From the NCBI GenBank assembly GCA_002269645.1, contig NIVC01002902.1, positions 66,686 to 130,685 on the forward strand: a DNA stretch of 64,000 nucleotides. Reading direction: 5' to 3'. Origin of the DNA: Macrostomum lignano. Lineage: Eukaryota. The translations under genes were made by a program, and so were the position numbers. Shown piece by piece: positions 50,531 through 63,246 of this stretch. The notes under the pieces are model-generated. The model searched no databases. It was given only the letters and a program-made list of their open reading frames with translations, and was not told the DNA's origin. Each line of letters starts with the position of its first letter. Positions within the stretch are counted from its first letter, which is position 1.

Positions 50531-51169
50531 TTAAATTTGAGATTCAGTTGGGTGAAATTTTATTGCGTGGGAAAACTGTGGTTGGAGTTTGGACGGAAAG
50601 CCCCAACGGGGGTTGGAATTGGCTAGCTGAGGAAATTGTTTCACTAATCTTGGTGGGGGTACTTTCTATCAGGGGATGCTTGCTCGGAAGAGAATTCTAA
50701 GATTTCAAGATTTACAGGGGATTTATTGAAATGCACGTATAAAATCTTACCTATTGGAATTAATGAGATGTGAAGGCTTAAGAGGGACTTGCTGAGATTA
50801 TTTAGATGGGAGATCTATGGATTATTTAGATGGGAGATCTATGGTTTATTTAGATGGGGATTATGATGTGAATTATTTGGATGGGGATTTACTGGGGGGG
50901 ATTCTTTGGATTTGGATGGATGGAGGATTCTTTATATTTGGATTCTGTGGATGAAGGATTCTTTGGATGGGGATTCTTTAGATAGGGGGCTTCTGTAGAT
51001 CGGGGATTTCTTGAGTAGGGGATTCACTGAATGGGGAATTATTCGGATCGGTGATTCTATCGATGGGGGTTCTTTGGATGGGGATTCTTTGCATCGGGGA
51101 TTTTGGGGATGGGGAAAACTGTGGTTGGAGTTTGGACGGAAAGCCCCAACGGGGGTTGGGATTGGCTAG

Positions 51170-53012
51170 TATATACTAAATCTCTAATCTATGTCTGTCT
51201 GTCTGTCTGTGTAAAACGCTCTACAGACTGCAATTCATGACCAATTTCGATCGCGTTTTCACCAAACAATTGCAACTCAGCCAAGGATTGTATGGTTAAC
51301 ATTTCTTTTATCTGCTTCAATTCTAAAGGTCTTAAATATTCAAAAAAACTGTATTTTCCCTATCTAATTAGTGTATTTTTGTCGCAGTGAGAGCTCGAAA
51401 AATAATAATACGTCTATGGCCATAGACTAAACTTTAACTTCTTGAGCTGATGCTACGAGCTATAAATAATTAAATTATTCGCAAGCTTCAGAGTATGCAC
51501 GTGGGAGATAAAATACGCGTATAATAAATTACGCGTAGCTTGTACCTGCCTGGACTAATCGCTAAATTGCAGACGATGCAAAATCTTCGTTGCATTGATG
51601 TGCAAAAGACTGCCAATATCTATCGAAAATTGATTATATAATGAGCCGTACAATTATTGAAAGGATCATTGCAGCTTCCTGAGGATACTGAGGAGCCAGC
51701 AAAGAGGAAAACTGCAGACTGCTGAGGGGATAAATGAGAATTGTTGTAGACTGCAAATGGAATGATCAAATATCGAAGGGATCATTCATTTAAACTGAAA
51801 AGTTGAAAAACGAAAAACTGCTGAGGTAGTTCCTCCAGACTTATGAGTGTATAGCTGCAAACTTCCGATGGGATAACTATCTACAGAGTTTAAGTGGATA
51901 ATAACTGTGAATGATTAAGTGCAAGTTGTTGAGGGGATAACTGCAGACTGCTGAGTGAAGGTTTTGATTCATGGTAACTGGGGGAATTGCTGAGATGACA
52001 AGGCTTACTGGGGGAATCGCTGAGATGTCAAGGCTTACTTTGGGGAATTGCTGAGATGTCAAGGCTTACTGGGGAGAATTGCTGAGTTGTCAAGGCTTAC
52101 TGGGGGAATTGCTGCGACTTCAAGGCTAATTGGGGGAATTTCCGAGATTTCAAGGCTTACTGGGGGAATTCTGAGATGTCAAGGCTAACTGGGGGAATTA
52201 CTGAGATGTCAAGGCTAACTGGGGGAATTACTGAGATGTCAAGGCTAACTGGGGGAATTGCTGAGATGTCAAGGCTTACTGGGGAATTGCTGAGATGTCA
52301 AGGCTAACTGGGGGGAATTGCTGAAATGTCAACGCTTACTGGGGGGAAGTGCTGAGTTGTCAAGGCTTACTGGGGGAAGTGCTGAGTTGTCAAGGCTTAC
52401 TGGGGGAATTTCTGAGATTTCAAGGCTTACTGGGGGGATTGCTGAGATGTCAAGGCTTACTGGGGAAATTACTGAGATGTCAAGGCTTACTGGGGGGAAT
52501 TGCTGAGTTGTCAAGGCTTACTGGGGGAATTACTGAAATGTCAAGGCTTACTTGGGGGAATTGCTGAGTTGTCAAGGCCTACTAAGGGAATTTCTGAGAT
52601 GTCATGGCTTACTGGGGAAATTGATGAGATGTCATCAAGGCTTATGGCATATTGAGCTCCTGCTGTGGACCAGAATACGCCCAGGCCAATGACGATATGC
52701 ACTAAGAGTTTGTGCTTGAAAGGATAAGTACTATTTGCTGAATGAGAAAGGCTTTTGGGCTGATGAAGGAAACTTTGGCTGGTGAAGGTTTTGATTCATG
52801 GCAACTGGGGGAATTGCTGAGATGACAAGGCTTACTGGGGGTATCGCTGAGATGTCAAGGCTTATTTGGGGGAATTGCTGAGATGTCAAGGCTTACTGGG
52901 GGAATCACTGAGATGTCAAGGCTTACTGGGGGTAAGGTTATTACTCATAGGCCAAAATAAGAACCATTTGGCGTCATTCTTGCGTCCCCCAACGGGGGGC
53001 TTAAATTGCTAG
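51170..53012 (+). mobile_element. Second copy of Helitron-type element E1
   Basis: Colinear with 41581-43749, same termini, different minisatellite copy numbers; CTAG at 53009-53012. Confidence 0.75.
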
Positions 53013-53377
53013 TCTAATATACTAAAGTTGAGTTTGTTTGTTTGTTTGTTTGCTTGTAACAGAAAATCTTGCGAACGGAATGACCGATTTTCTCCGTTTT
53101 TGCACCATTAGATGGCAAATTGTCCGGAATCGGTACACGTATTTTTAATAAGCTATCCAAATTAAAGAGGCCTCTCAATTGTCAGAAAACAGGTTTTTGC
53201 CCATCTCGCTAATGTATTTTATCGGCAGTGAGAGCTTGCAAACGGTTTTGGCCATAGATTATAATGCTAATAGCTGTAGGCTGCTTGGTTTTTATGTAGC
53301 CCACTGCTTCCTTTCCTTCTTTCTTTTCTTTGGTTTTTGAACCCTCTAATAGTGCTTTATCTATTTAGCCCCACTGT

Positions 53378-55681
53378 ATGATGGTGCGCCGTGGCGCAAG
53401 CCATTTGAAGAGAAGCCGTGACGCAAAGAAAAGACGACTGGCCGAGTCTGCTGGAGAGCGCGATGCCCGTCTGGAAGAGCAGCAGCTTGTGTATTTCAAC
53501 GAGCGGACCGCCAGCGCCAAAGCCAAGGCGCCCAGAGATTCGACACTGACGGCCTTCTTCAAGCTGTGCCGCACTGACGAGTTTGCTCGGCGTCTACTCT
53601 ACAACGAGGTGGCCTCCTACTTTGTGTGCCATCCGAGTGCAAGAGAGTGGCGTCGGGCAAAGCAGGGCGCCGATGTCGAAGGGCATCCTGGCGTAAAGCG
53701 CAATTCAAACATATCTCGCATGTACACAGTTAGTCCTAGAGCAGGTGACCTGTTCTACCTGCGACTGCTGCTGCTGCACGTGCGAGGACCGACCAGCTTC
53801 GAGTCGTTGCAGACCGTGGCCGGTGTTCATTTCGTCAGCGCCAAGGCTGCCTGCATGGCTCTCGGCCTGCTGCAACGCGATGACCACTGGCACCACTGCC
53901 TGACTGAGGCTGTCCAGAGCCGAATGCCGCGAGCTCTGAGGCACCTGCTGGCTGTCGTCCTCATCTGGGGAGAGCCAGACGATGGCGCCAACCTGTGGAG
54001 CAGCTTTGCAGAGGATCTCTGCGAAGACCTGCGATTCCACAACCCGGACCTGAGCGCCGAGGAAGTCAGCGACTTGGCTCTGCGAGAGCTGCAGAGCATG
54101 CTGACGTCAATGGGCGGCAGCAGTCTGCCAGAATACGGACTTCCTGCTGCCTCCGCTATGCCGCAAGTCGGGCCGCAGCAGTTCGACACGGTCGAGCAGG
54201 CGGAGATCACAGAGACGCGGCTGCCAATGCTGACGGCTGAGCAGCGGGTCATCTATGAGGCCGTGACTGAGGATATTTACAATGGCTCAGGTGGGCTGCA
54301 TTTCCTTGACGCTCCCGCAGGCACCGGCAAGACCTTCTTGCTTGAGGTTCTGCTGGCGTTTGTGCGTAGTCGAGAGGAAGTCGCACTCGCCGTTGCGTCG
54401 TCTGGCATCGCAGCCACCCTGCTGCCGGGTGGACAGACGGCGCATTCGACATTCAAGATCCCAGTGCGGCTGGTTCGCACCGACAAGGACGTGTGTTCTG
54501 TCCGAGCCCAATCAAGACAGGCCGTAGTGTTTCGCACCGTGCGGCTTATAGTCTGGGATGAAATCTCCATGACGAATCGGAAGGATCTGGAGGCTGTCGA
54601 CCGCAGTCTCCGAGACCTACGGAAGCAAGACCGTCCATTCGGCGGCATCGTTTTGGTCTGCGCTGGAGACTTTCGCCAGTTGCTGCCGGTGGTGCAGAAT
54701 GGCACCAGGGCAAACAACATTTTAGCTTGTGTGAGCAAATCTAATCTGTGGCCTTTATTCCACAGGCACAGACTTTCTAAGAACATCCGGCTCCAACGCT
54801 GTGCTGATGCTGAGCTGTACAATCGCTATATGCAACTGCTCATGCAGGTGAATATTTCTCTTGCTGCTTATATGAGCGTGGCAACATGAGATTCTCATGC
54901 ATTTTCTGCACATCCCGCACAGATCGGCTCAGGGCCGGCTGATCAGTCGGATGACACAGTCCGCCTTCCTGCCGAGATCGTCATTCCGGCAGAGGCGCCG
55001 CTCTCCGCGCTGATCCAGTTCGTGTACCCTTCGTTCGAGGCGTCAGCGGAGCGTGACGGCTACTTTTCAAGCCGGGCAATCCTGGCGCCCTACAACGATG
55101 CGGTTGACGCGATCAACAGCGAGTGCCTGGCAATGTTCCCAGGCCAACTGCGAGAGTATCGCTCAGTGGACAGCGTGGCTGACGAGGAAGCGGCCACGCA
55201 CTTTCCTCCGGAGCTGCTGAACCAGCTGGATGCTCCGAACTTTCCTACTCACCTGCTTAAGCTCAAGGTGGGCATGCCGCTGGTTCTGCTGCGGAATCTG
55301 AATCCGCCAAGGCTGTGCAACGGCACCCGGCTGATCATCCTGGAGCTGGGCGAGAACGTGCTGCGCTGCAAGGTCGCTGCCGGCCAGTTCTCTGGTGATG
55401 AAATCTTACTGCCGAGGATTCCGCTGCAGCCCAACAATGCTGACCTGCCAGTCTGCTTCAAGCGGCTGCAGTTCCCAGTTAAGCCGAGCTTTTGCCTGAC
55501 GATCCACAAGTCACAGGGCCAGTCGCTCGACACCGTGGGCATCGACCTGGCTGTCGGCTGTTTTGCGCACGGCCAGCTGTACACTGCGCTGTCGCGAGCA
55601 AAGAATGCGGCCAATGTACGGGTCCGAATCTCTGGAGATAAGACGAGAAATGTCGTGTACCCTGAAGTGCTGACTGTTTGA
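53378..55681 (+). CDS. Helitron Pif1-type SF1B helicase (exons 53378-54847, 54923-55681; ~742 aa)
   Basis: FYLRLLLLHVRGPTSF, DAPAGTGKT (Walker A), WDEISM (Walker B), GDFRQLLPV, TIHKSQGQSL, HGQLYTALSR. A 75-bp phase-0 GT-AG intron restores LLMQ|IGSG. Confidence 0.9.
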
Positions 55682-56225
55682 ATGGCCATCTAAAAGGATT
55701 GCTCACAATTACTATTAAGACGAAATAGTATGCACACTGTCAATCTCTGGGGTTGGGTGTTGCAGCTGCTCAATCGTGATAAATAAATAAAATGCACACT
55801 GTCAACTTACACGCATGTGTAAATACAGAAAAATATATCCTTTCTATCGGATTGTCATTGAATAACAAGTTATCGATGGAAAAGCACAAGTGTGTGTGTG
55901 TGTGTGCGTTTGTGCGTGATCTATGATACGCATTCTCGAGCAGAACATCGCAGCTTGTACGTCTATGTTAAAAAAGTACATGTGCCACTTAGGCGTCTAT
56001 GACGCATACAGGTAAGCCTAAGCGGTTGGGATTAAAGCCCGAAAAATAATTCACGCTTCAAATCAAAGTCAAAACTAAATCTTTCTTCATCTACAGCAGC
56101 CACCGCGTGTCAACAATAAAGATAATCTTTCTTCATCTACAGCAGCCACCGCGTGTCAACAATAAAGATAAGTGCATTACTATTTGTCAATTAAATCAAT
56201 TATAAACTGTGCTAATCAAATTATA

Positions 56226-57325
56226 ATGGAAGGTTCCTGCACAGTGCCCAATCAGCAGAGGCTGAACATCGCTGCGCTGGTGTCCGGCATGATGAAGGGC
56301 GCAATAATCGGATTGGTGTCAATGCTAACGGACATCAGAAATTATTCAAACGCAAAGGGAACTGGCCAAGTGTTCTCTTTTAATCTTGCAGACGAAGACA
56401 GCGAGATTCGGGTAAGCGTGTTCGGAACAAATTTGAGAACACACCATTACTTGTGCAAAAACGCTACGGCCGTGCGCGTATCTGGTGGTTGGTTGAAAGC
56501 CTCAAATTCTATGTACAACTCAACCGACAACGAGCTCGAAATGACTCTGTCAGTGGATAAAGATGGAGTCCTTGTTGCTAGCAACGAAATTGTCCAGCAG
56601 CGCAAAGCCCAGTACATAAAAATTGGCGTTCTCTCAACCTTTACACTGAGAAAGTAAGTTAAAGTCGTACTCGTACCATTCATTCTAAGCAACATTCGTT
56701 TTGGATGTGATTAACAATTAATGGCAAAATTCTTCAATGGTCATGTAGGAAGGTTGACATTCGAGGCGTCATTTCCAGTACTATGGCGCAAAGGGAAATC
56801 CAAACAAAACGAGGAACTACCACTAACTTGGCCAAGGTGACACTAGTCGATGACTCGGCATCGTCTGACTCCTGCACATTCTGGGCCGACAGTGCAAGTC
56901 TGGTGAATCACTGGACTGTGGGCGACACCCTAGAGGTTCAAGGAGCCCAAGTGCAAGAATATGGCAATGATATTTCGCTAAATTGTACCAGGGCCAATGT
57001 TCGCCAATATCCTGCCAATGACTCTGACTTGACGGAGTGGTTTGAAAGGGCTCAGTCGAGTCAGCAAATCTTTGAGCCAGTCCAAAAGACCCAATCGACT
57101 GCGAGACCGCCTGATAACCAGGAAGTTCGGAGGGACACATTTGTGTTCCAGTGCTCTCCTGAAATGTTCGCATCATTCCGCAATGTACAAATAATGCAAG
57201 TACGCTGCGGAGACGACGAAATTATTTTTTCGCGAGACAAACGCGGAGGCGACGTGTCACTGGGCCAAATGGAGTCTACTCCAATCGCTGGACCGTCGCA
57301 TTCTACTATCAATGAGGACGATTAA
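56226..57325 (+). CDS. RPA70/RPA1-like OB-fold ssDNA-binding protein inside the Helitron (exons 56226-56653, 56749-57325; ~334 aa)
   Basis: GQVFSFNLADEDSEIRVSVFG and GWLKASNSMY resemble RPA1 DBD-A; KVDIRGVI and VTLVDDS..CTFW resemble DBD-B. Phase-2 intron GTAAGT..GTAG keeps the frame. Confidence 0.75.
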
Positions 57326-58508
57326 AAAGAATTGTCATTGATAAAGCAACACAGTCAATCTCTGGTGTTGGGTGTTGCAGCTGCTAAGTTTAATAACAAT
57401 AAAGTGCACACTGTCAATCTCCGGGGTTGGGTGTTGCAGAAGCAGCAATGTTATTCTGATAATAATTCTGATTGATTGTTGATACTAAAAAAATAATACA
57501 ATAAACGCTGTATGCATCTGATTCAGTAAAAAATAAGAGAATAATACAAAAAAAAATAACTATTGTTTTCAAATAAATAATATAATCAATTCATTGCTCT
57601 GAACCTGAGCATTGCTATAATTGTCTATAGCCAACATTCTCCTTCTTACTTTTCGATCCTCTATTCTGTAATGGAGATAGCTTGAGTTCTTTCTTTCTGT
57701 GGTGTATTGTAGTGTAATAAATATTAATGACTAAATGAATGAGACCTATGAATAAGAATGAATATAAAAATTGATTTATGAATATTCATATTGAATTATT
57801 GAGATATTGAATTATAGATACGGTGAATAAGAGAGATTATTATGAATATTAGTTAATCAATTGCGATAAATAACTGTACTAAATACTCTCCCGAAGGGGG
57901 TCAACTATTGCTAGTATGTAGCTACTTGTGAATCCAAATAATTTAATTCAGTTGTGTCACACAAACATTGTCTCATTAGTCTAGTAAGCCTTGAGCAATG
58001 ATTTCGAATTAGTGTTGAAAAATAAGCGTACATAGCGCAATATGGGACTAATGCAGCAGTTGCAGGGGAGGATTTTCACGCAGACGATCGTCTTACGCAG
58101 ACGATGATGGCGCCCCCTTTTCCTTTGCCCTAATAAAAGAAAGGTCCAGCTCACCGTCCTCAGTTTGCTCAGTATGGCGCCCCTCTCGTGTATTATGCCG
58201 CCCAAAACAAGTTTGGTTTTATGCATGCTTTTGTGCGGACAACCCGCACACTTTCGTCTTACGAGATCTCCTCTCATATGGGGGATTTCACTTAATGTAC
58301 TTAATTTCCAATGAGGGAACCGTACGATGAATTAATCAGGCTACGTTTGTAAAGATATATAAGAAAATCTAGTACAAGCTTACTGTCAATTTTATTTTTT
58401 AAATGTTTTTTGAGTGGACTGCGGATCGGACCACGTGCACGGCCCCCTCATTTAATTTCGAAATTCGATATCCGCGATCCCCAAATAAAAATTTAAGCGA
58501 ACTCACTC

Positions 58509-58551
58509 TTCGTACGATCCGTACGTACGAATTACGTACGGATCGTACGAA
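58509..58551. repeat. Perfect 19-bp inverted repeat with 5-nt loop
   Basis: ttcgtacgatccgtacgta-cgaat-tacgtacggatcgtacgaa. Confidence 0.92.
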
Positions 58552-58966
58552 ATTGAAGATATAGTTTGGGCGTGCGGCTTCTCTTTAAAAAGTGTACGAA
58601 TACACTTTTGCGACATCCATTTTTTTACAGCGGTATGATATAAATCGAAAACTGACCTTGCCTTGACTTTTCTAAGGGATCACATAAACGAATCAACGCG
58701 GCAATATAAATACAGTTTAGCTCAAGTGCAAGGGATCGAATAACGAAACAGTGCAACAGAGGGGTCGCATAACGAAAGAATGCCAGAAATTCATTGCCAT
58801 TGTCATTTAAGGGATCTTTTAATAAGTGAATATATGCATTGCCTGCAGATGAATTGCTGACTTACAAAGTTTATTTTTTGTTGGTATTGTTCAAGTAAAA
58901 GGATTGTAGGCTAACAAATCAACACAATAATTCAAAAGGAATTTTTACGCAGATTTTTTGGGTGCT

Positions 58967-59445
58967 GACCAATTTGGCGACGAACAAATTTGGCGACGGA
59001 GATTTACAATGGACAAATTTGGAGAAAGCAAAAATAAATTGTTTATAATGCTAGAAATTCCATTTGTACAATGGTATTTGTCAATGCATATAAGTTTTTT
59101 TTAATGAGTTTGTTTTATCCATTTTTCACCTTTTAAAAATGGTTTCCAAGAAATGTCGGTTCATGAAATTCCATGCAATTTATTTCGAACAATCCAACAC
59201 ATTTTTTATCTATGGGACTATTGGCTTTAGTATGAAATCAGTGCACTTTCTTCGCAGCGGAGGACAAATTTTAAAATTTTAAACTGCACAAAACAGCACA
59301 AAGTGGTCCCTTTAAGCTTAATAATCTTCATTTCACGAGACTTTAGCTAATATTTCATATATGCAATTGCCTAGATTGTCGCCGATTTTGCTTTCGCCGA
59401 ATTTGTCTGTTGAATAAAATTATTTGTAGCCGAATTTGCATGCAT
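58967..59445. mobile_element. Possible MITE-like relic
   Basis: Imperfect inverted arms ggacaaatttggagaaagcaaaa (59011) and ttttgctttcgccgaatttgtc (59386) with aatttggcga subrepeats; ends not defined. Confidence 0.35.
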
Positions 59446-61429
59446 TCAATTTTTTACCTGAATTTTTTTGACACTGTTTGATATCAAATATTTTTAATAG
59501 CAGAGTCGGAGACAGTTCACTCTGGCAACAAGGTGCTTTGCTGACTAATGGTAGAAGTGGCAGTGATACTGGTAGGCCTAGTCTGGTAGAGACATTAGCA
59601 TTTGTGACTATAGTATTAGTGCCTCAGTGCCTGGGATATAAGTGCAGGAGACATTAGCAACTAAAACTTTAGCTGTTGGGACAGATAGTACTAGAGATAA
59701 TAGCATTGATCCTGGCTTTTTAAGTTATGCCATGGTAAATGCCATGCCAAGTCTAGTAATTTAACAATTACCTAGCTGGCTATAAATAAAAATGCTAATT
59801 TGTTACAGAGTTATACTTATAGCTTTTTAGAAATTCTTAAAAATTACATAGCCATAAAAGGAAAGCATTATTTGCTAGGACTTAATGCGATGACTTTTTA
59901 AGTGGCTTATGCAAAATGTGGCGCATGACCAAGATGGCCACACACTAAGATGGCCACAGCTCTGAATGGCTGCTTGGATAGGAATAGGTCTATATATTTC
60001 CTCATTTCCTATTGGCTATGATTGGGGTAGGGTATGACCTAGCTTCAAGTCTCGGAGAAAACAGATTTCGTTAGTGAAATTAGACTAAGTAAAACAAAAA
60101 ACAATTCCCTTTACAGCAGGTATTACTACCTACTAACTAAAGCTAATAGCACTACTAGCACAAGACATTTGATTTTTGTATCATGGATAATAGTTTCAAA
60201 CCTATTTCAATATACTAAAACTGACGTGTTGTTTGTAGTTTGTATATATTAAAAGTTAGAGGTAGATGGTAAAGGTATTAGTTATGATAGAAGTAAGCAA
60301 AAATTAGCTTGCACCTTCAACAAAAACATCACTTCATGATTGCACAACTTAACATATGATCATAAAGATGGACAGTCCTAATCTATTCAAGAATTCAAAG
60401 AATAGAATATAACAATTAATAAAACCAAAGGCAAATATAGATTATTTGTTAGGCAATAAGCAGTAGCACCAATGGATAGTAAAAACTTGAGTCTAGTTAG
60501 ACTACTTATGCTGAAGATTGGGGCATGTGTTAAGGTGCATTGCAAACTAAAGTAGAGAGTTCTAGGTGCATGGTTAGTAATTGGAACAACCTTTTTAATA
60601 GTGCAGGTTGAAAATGATTTTAAGGTATCAAACAAGTAATTGACAGTATACATTTTTAATAAAAGACTTGAATTCCACTATATTTTTCTTTACAATCAAA
60701 ACTGTAAAAACTTTGAAAGAGAAATTGAATAAGTAATTCACATTAAAAAATAAATGATTTTAGAATATCAGTAAATTCAGTTTTTTGTATAAAATTTAGG
60801 AATAAATGATAGTAATTCAGGTTTTATGAAGATCAACAAATTTCAGAATACCAGAAAATGATGGTCGTTAGGTAACTTTGCAGGTTTTTTTAGCATGTTA
60901 CACTTATCATAAACTAACAAAAATGACTATTAACTTAAATATAGGCTCAGAAAATATTTTAGCAAAAAATTATCAACTTATAAACCTCTTGAAAATTAGT
61001 ACAACAACTTTTTGTAAAAAAAATGATGGTCGTTTTTAACACTTAAAAAAGGGAAGTCAAACTTTTTGAAATAAAAAATTATGATAGATAGAACTATATT
61101 AGATCATAAAATTTTATAATTTCAGTCGTTAGATATAAGAAAGAAAGATTTTTATTATTTATGCACTTGATGCATTATGTTTATTAACTGTTTTTCTTAT
61201 TGAAAACTAGATTAAACTTTTTATAATGTCCCGCGGGACATTTAAAATCTTGCAAGGGTACCATGATCAAAACAAAATATATATTTCTAGAGGTAGATAA
61301 ATGTGTATGAAACTACATAAAAATGAAACTATACATAATTATATGCAAAATGAAATATTCACATTTGCAAATAATTTTTAAAAAAATTTCTATACCTTTG
61401 ATGACCCTATCATGGAATAACCCAGAGTG

Positions 61430-61960
61430 CCCTTTTGTCTCTTATCTTTTCTCTCATCTCTGCACTCTCGTCTCTAATCTTTTCTCTCTCTCTTATCCCT
61501 TGCCCTCTCCTCTCTCATCTATTCTCTCTTATGTCTGCCCTCTTCTCTCTTTTCTCTCTCCTCTCATCTCTTGCCCTCTCTCTTTCATCTATTCTCTCTC
61601 ATGTCTGCCCTCTTCTCTCATCTTTTCTCTCTTATGTCTGCCCTCTCCTCTCATTTTTTCTCTCTCTCATCTCTGCCCTCTGCTCTCTCCTCTCCTCACC
61701 TCTCTCCTCTCCTCTCTCCCATCTCTATCCTCTCCTTTCTCCTCACCTCTTTGCTCTCATCTTCCTTTTCCCCTTCGTTTTCTTCTCCCTTTCCTCCTTT
61801 CTCCTCTGCATTAATCTCCCTTCTCCTCTCTCTCCGCTCGTATTTAATTTCTCCTCTCATCAACTCTCTTCTCCTTTATTCCTTTGCCTCTCCTTTATCC
61901 TATGCTTGTATTTCTCTTCTCTATTCCTTACCCTCTCTCCTCACCTCTGGCCCGCTATCA
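61430..61960. repeat. CT-rich low-complexity tract
   Basis: Almost only C and T on the plus strand; produces spurious L/S/P ORFs. Confidence 0.9.
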
Positions 61961-62394
61961 TCAGGACTCCTTGCTTCGCTTTGGGGGCCAACAAAGTGGA
62001 CTAGAAGGGCAGTCATGAGCTGGGTTCTCAATCAAGGTAAAAAGTTTGCCAACCCCTGCACTAAAAGCACCTGGCTTAGTCACATTAGATAAAAACTACA
62101 TGTATAGTGGAATGGGATTGAGAACAACATGAAGATCTAGTTCTAAAATCTGAAGTCATACTCAAATAAAAACTTGTCTTTCGAAAACATGTATCGGCAA
62201 AATCTCTGGTCTCCTGTCTTTCTCTATGTCCCTCAGATCCTTTGAAACTTCTATCTTCTATTTTGTTTCCCCTTTCTCTCTTCTCTATCTCTCTCTCTTC
62301 TCTTCTCTTCTTTTCCTATCTCCTCTCTCCCATCTTTTCTCATCTTTTATCTTGATGACAAAGTTCAAGCAAATTATAGCAATGGGTGCAGCAA

Positions 62395-63246
62395 CTAAGT
62401 AAGTGCAGATTTTTTGGCTTTTTTAACTCGTTTTGATCTGAAATGGCAATAAGGTACGGGTGGCATGGATAGATGACAAAGTTTAAGCAAATAGCAAATT
62501 ATAGCAAAGGATAGATGACATGAAACAACATGCGCTTTTGCTCCTTCCTTTACCTCCTTTGCTGCCTTTCTCTTCTGAGCTGGCCAATCAACTGGATTGC
62601 ACGTGTGCAAAGCAAGGGCTTCTATGGTTCCTTCAGCATGGCGGACTGCAGAGCCATGACAGTGCAGTGATAAACGCTTAGTGCAGCGATAGTACGTGTT
62701 GCCATTTCGCTGCGTTTTTTCATCCATCAGATGGCCAAGGTCTCGTTGGGCATACTGCACTGGAAGGTCTTTTCTGTGACTGCATCCTGCACCTGTAAGA
62801 ATGTCAAAGGGCTGGGGAGGTGGGCTGCAGGGCGGTGCAAGCTCTGCTGGAGGAATTTGAATGGATTCTTCCAGAGCTGGATCAGGGTCATTGAAATCTA
62901 GATACTGGTTAAAAAAAATTTCTGCTTGTGCCAGAATCAAATGCACTGGTTCTGGATTTTCAGCAGGCAGAGGAACAGCCACTGGTCCAGAATTGGGGGC
63001 TTGTAAATGTACCACTGCAGCATCTGCAGCTTGAGACACTGCTATGTTGCCTGCATGAGCCCGTCTATTGCATTGATTGCAAAGCCAGAAAAACTCACCA
63101 ACATTTCTCATTGCAGAATACTAATTGATTGTGACGCGACTATCACATGCACAGTGCTGCCAATTCAAGCATTGAGAATACTCAATTGCTTCTTGTCCAT
63201 CGCAAACTGGCTGCAGACAGACCACACATGGATATGCGCCTGCCAT
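62395..63246 (-). pseudogene. PHD-finger + FLYWCH-like N-terminal transposase remnant
   Basis: ATG at 63246: CVVC...QC..WQH..C, TAG at 63121-63123, then FFWLCNQC; later YYRCTKRLSLHC...LHTC. No DDE domain recognised. Confidence 0.6.

Larger units (their letters stand above)
44469..51169 (+). mobile_element. Composite Helitron-type element E4 (includes the 2851-bp duplication and G-rich repeats)
   Basis: TCcaatatactaaaa plus (acct)n start; ends with hairpin agccccaacgggggtt and CTAG 51166-51169; internal CTAG boundaries at 45605 and 50623. Confidence 0.55.
53013..57914 (+). mobile_element. Helitron lacking the Rep (HUH) domain, carrying helicase and RPA70-like genes
   Basis: 5' TCtaatatactaaa directly after the previous CTAG; 3' hairpin ctcccgaagggg then CTAG|T at 57911-57915. 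Confidence 0.85.

Noticed and set aside
42285-52567. Short ORFs such as MSRLTGGI and LLRCQGLL repeats, and G/M/D/W-rich ORFs
   Set aside because: Translations of the 30-bp and G-rich repeats inside the Helitron-type elements.
57981-58277. piggyBac-like Cys-rich tail (RRKCAGC) on the minus strand
   Set aside because: One CxxC only, no TTAA-flanked termini or DDD domain found.
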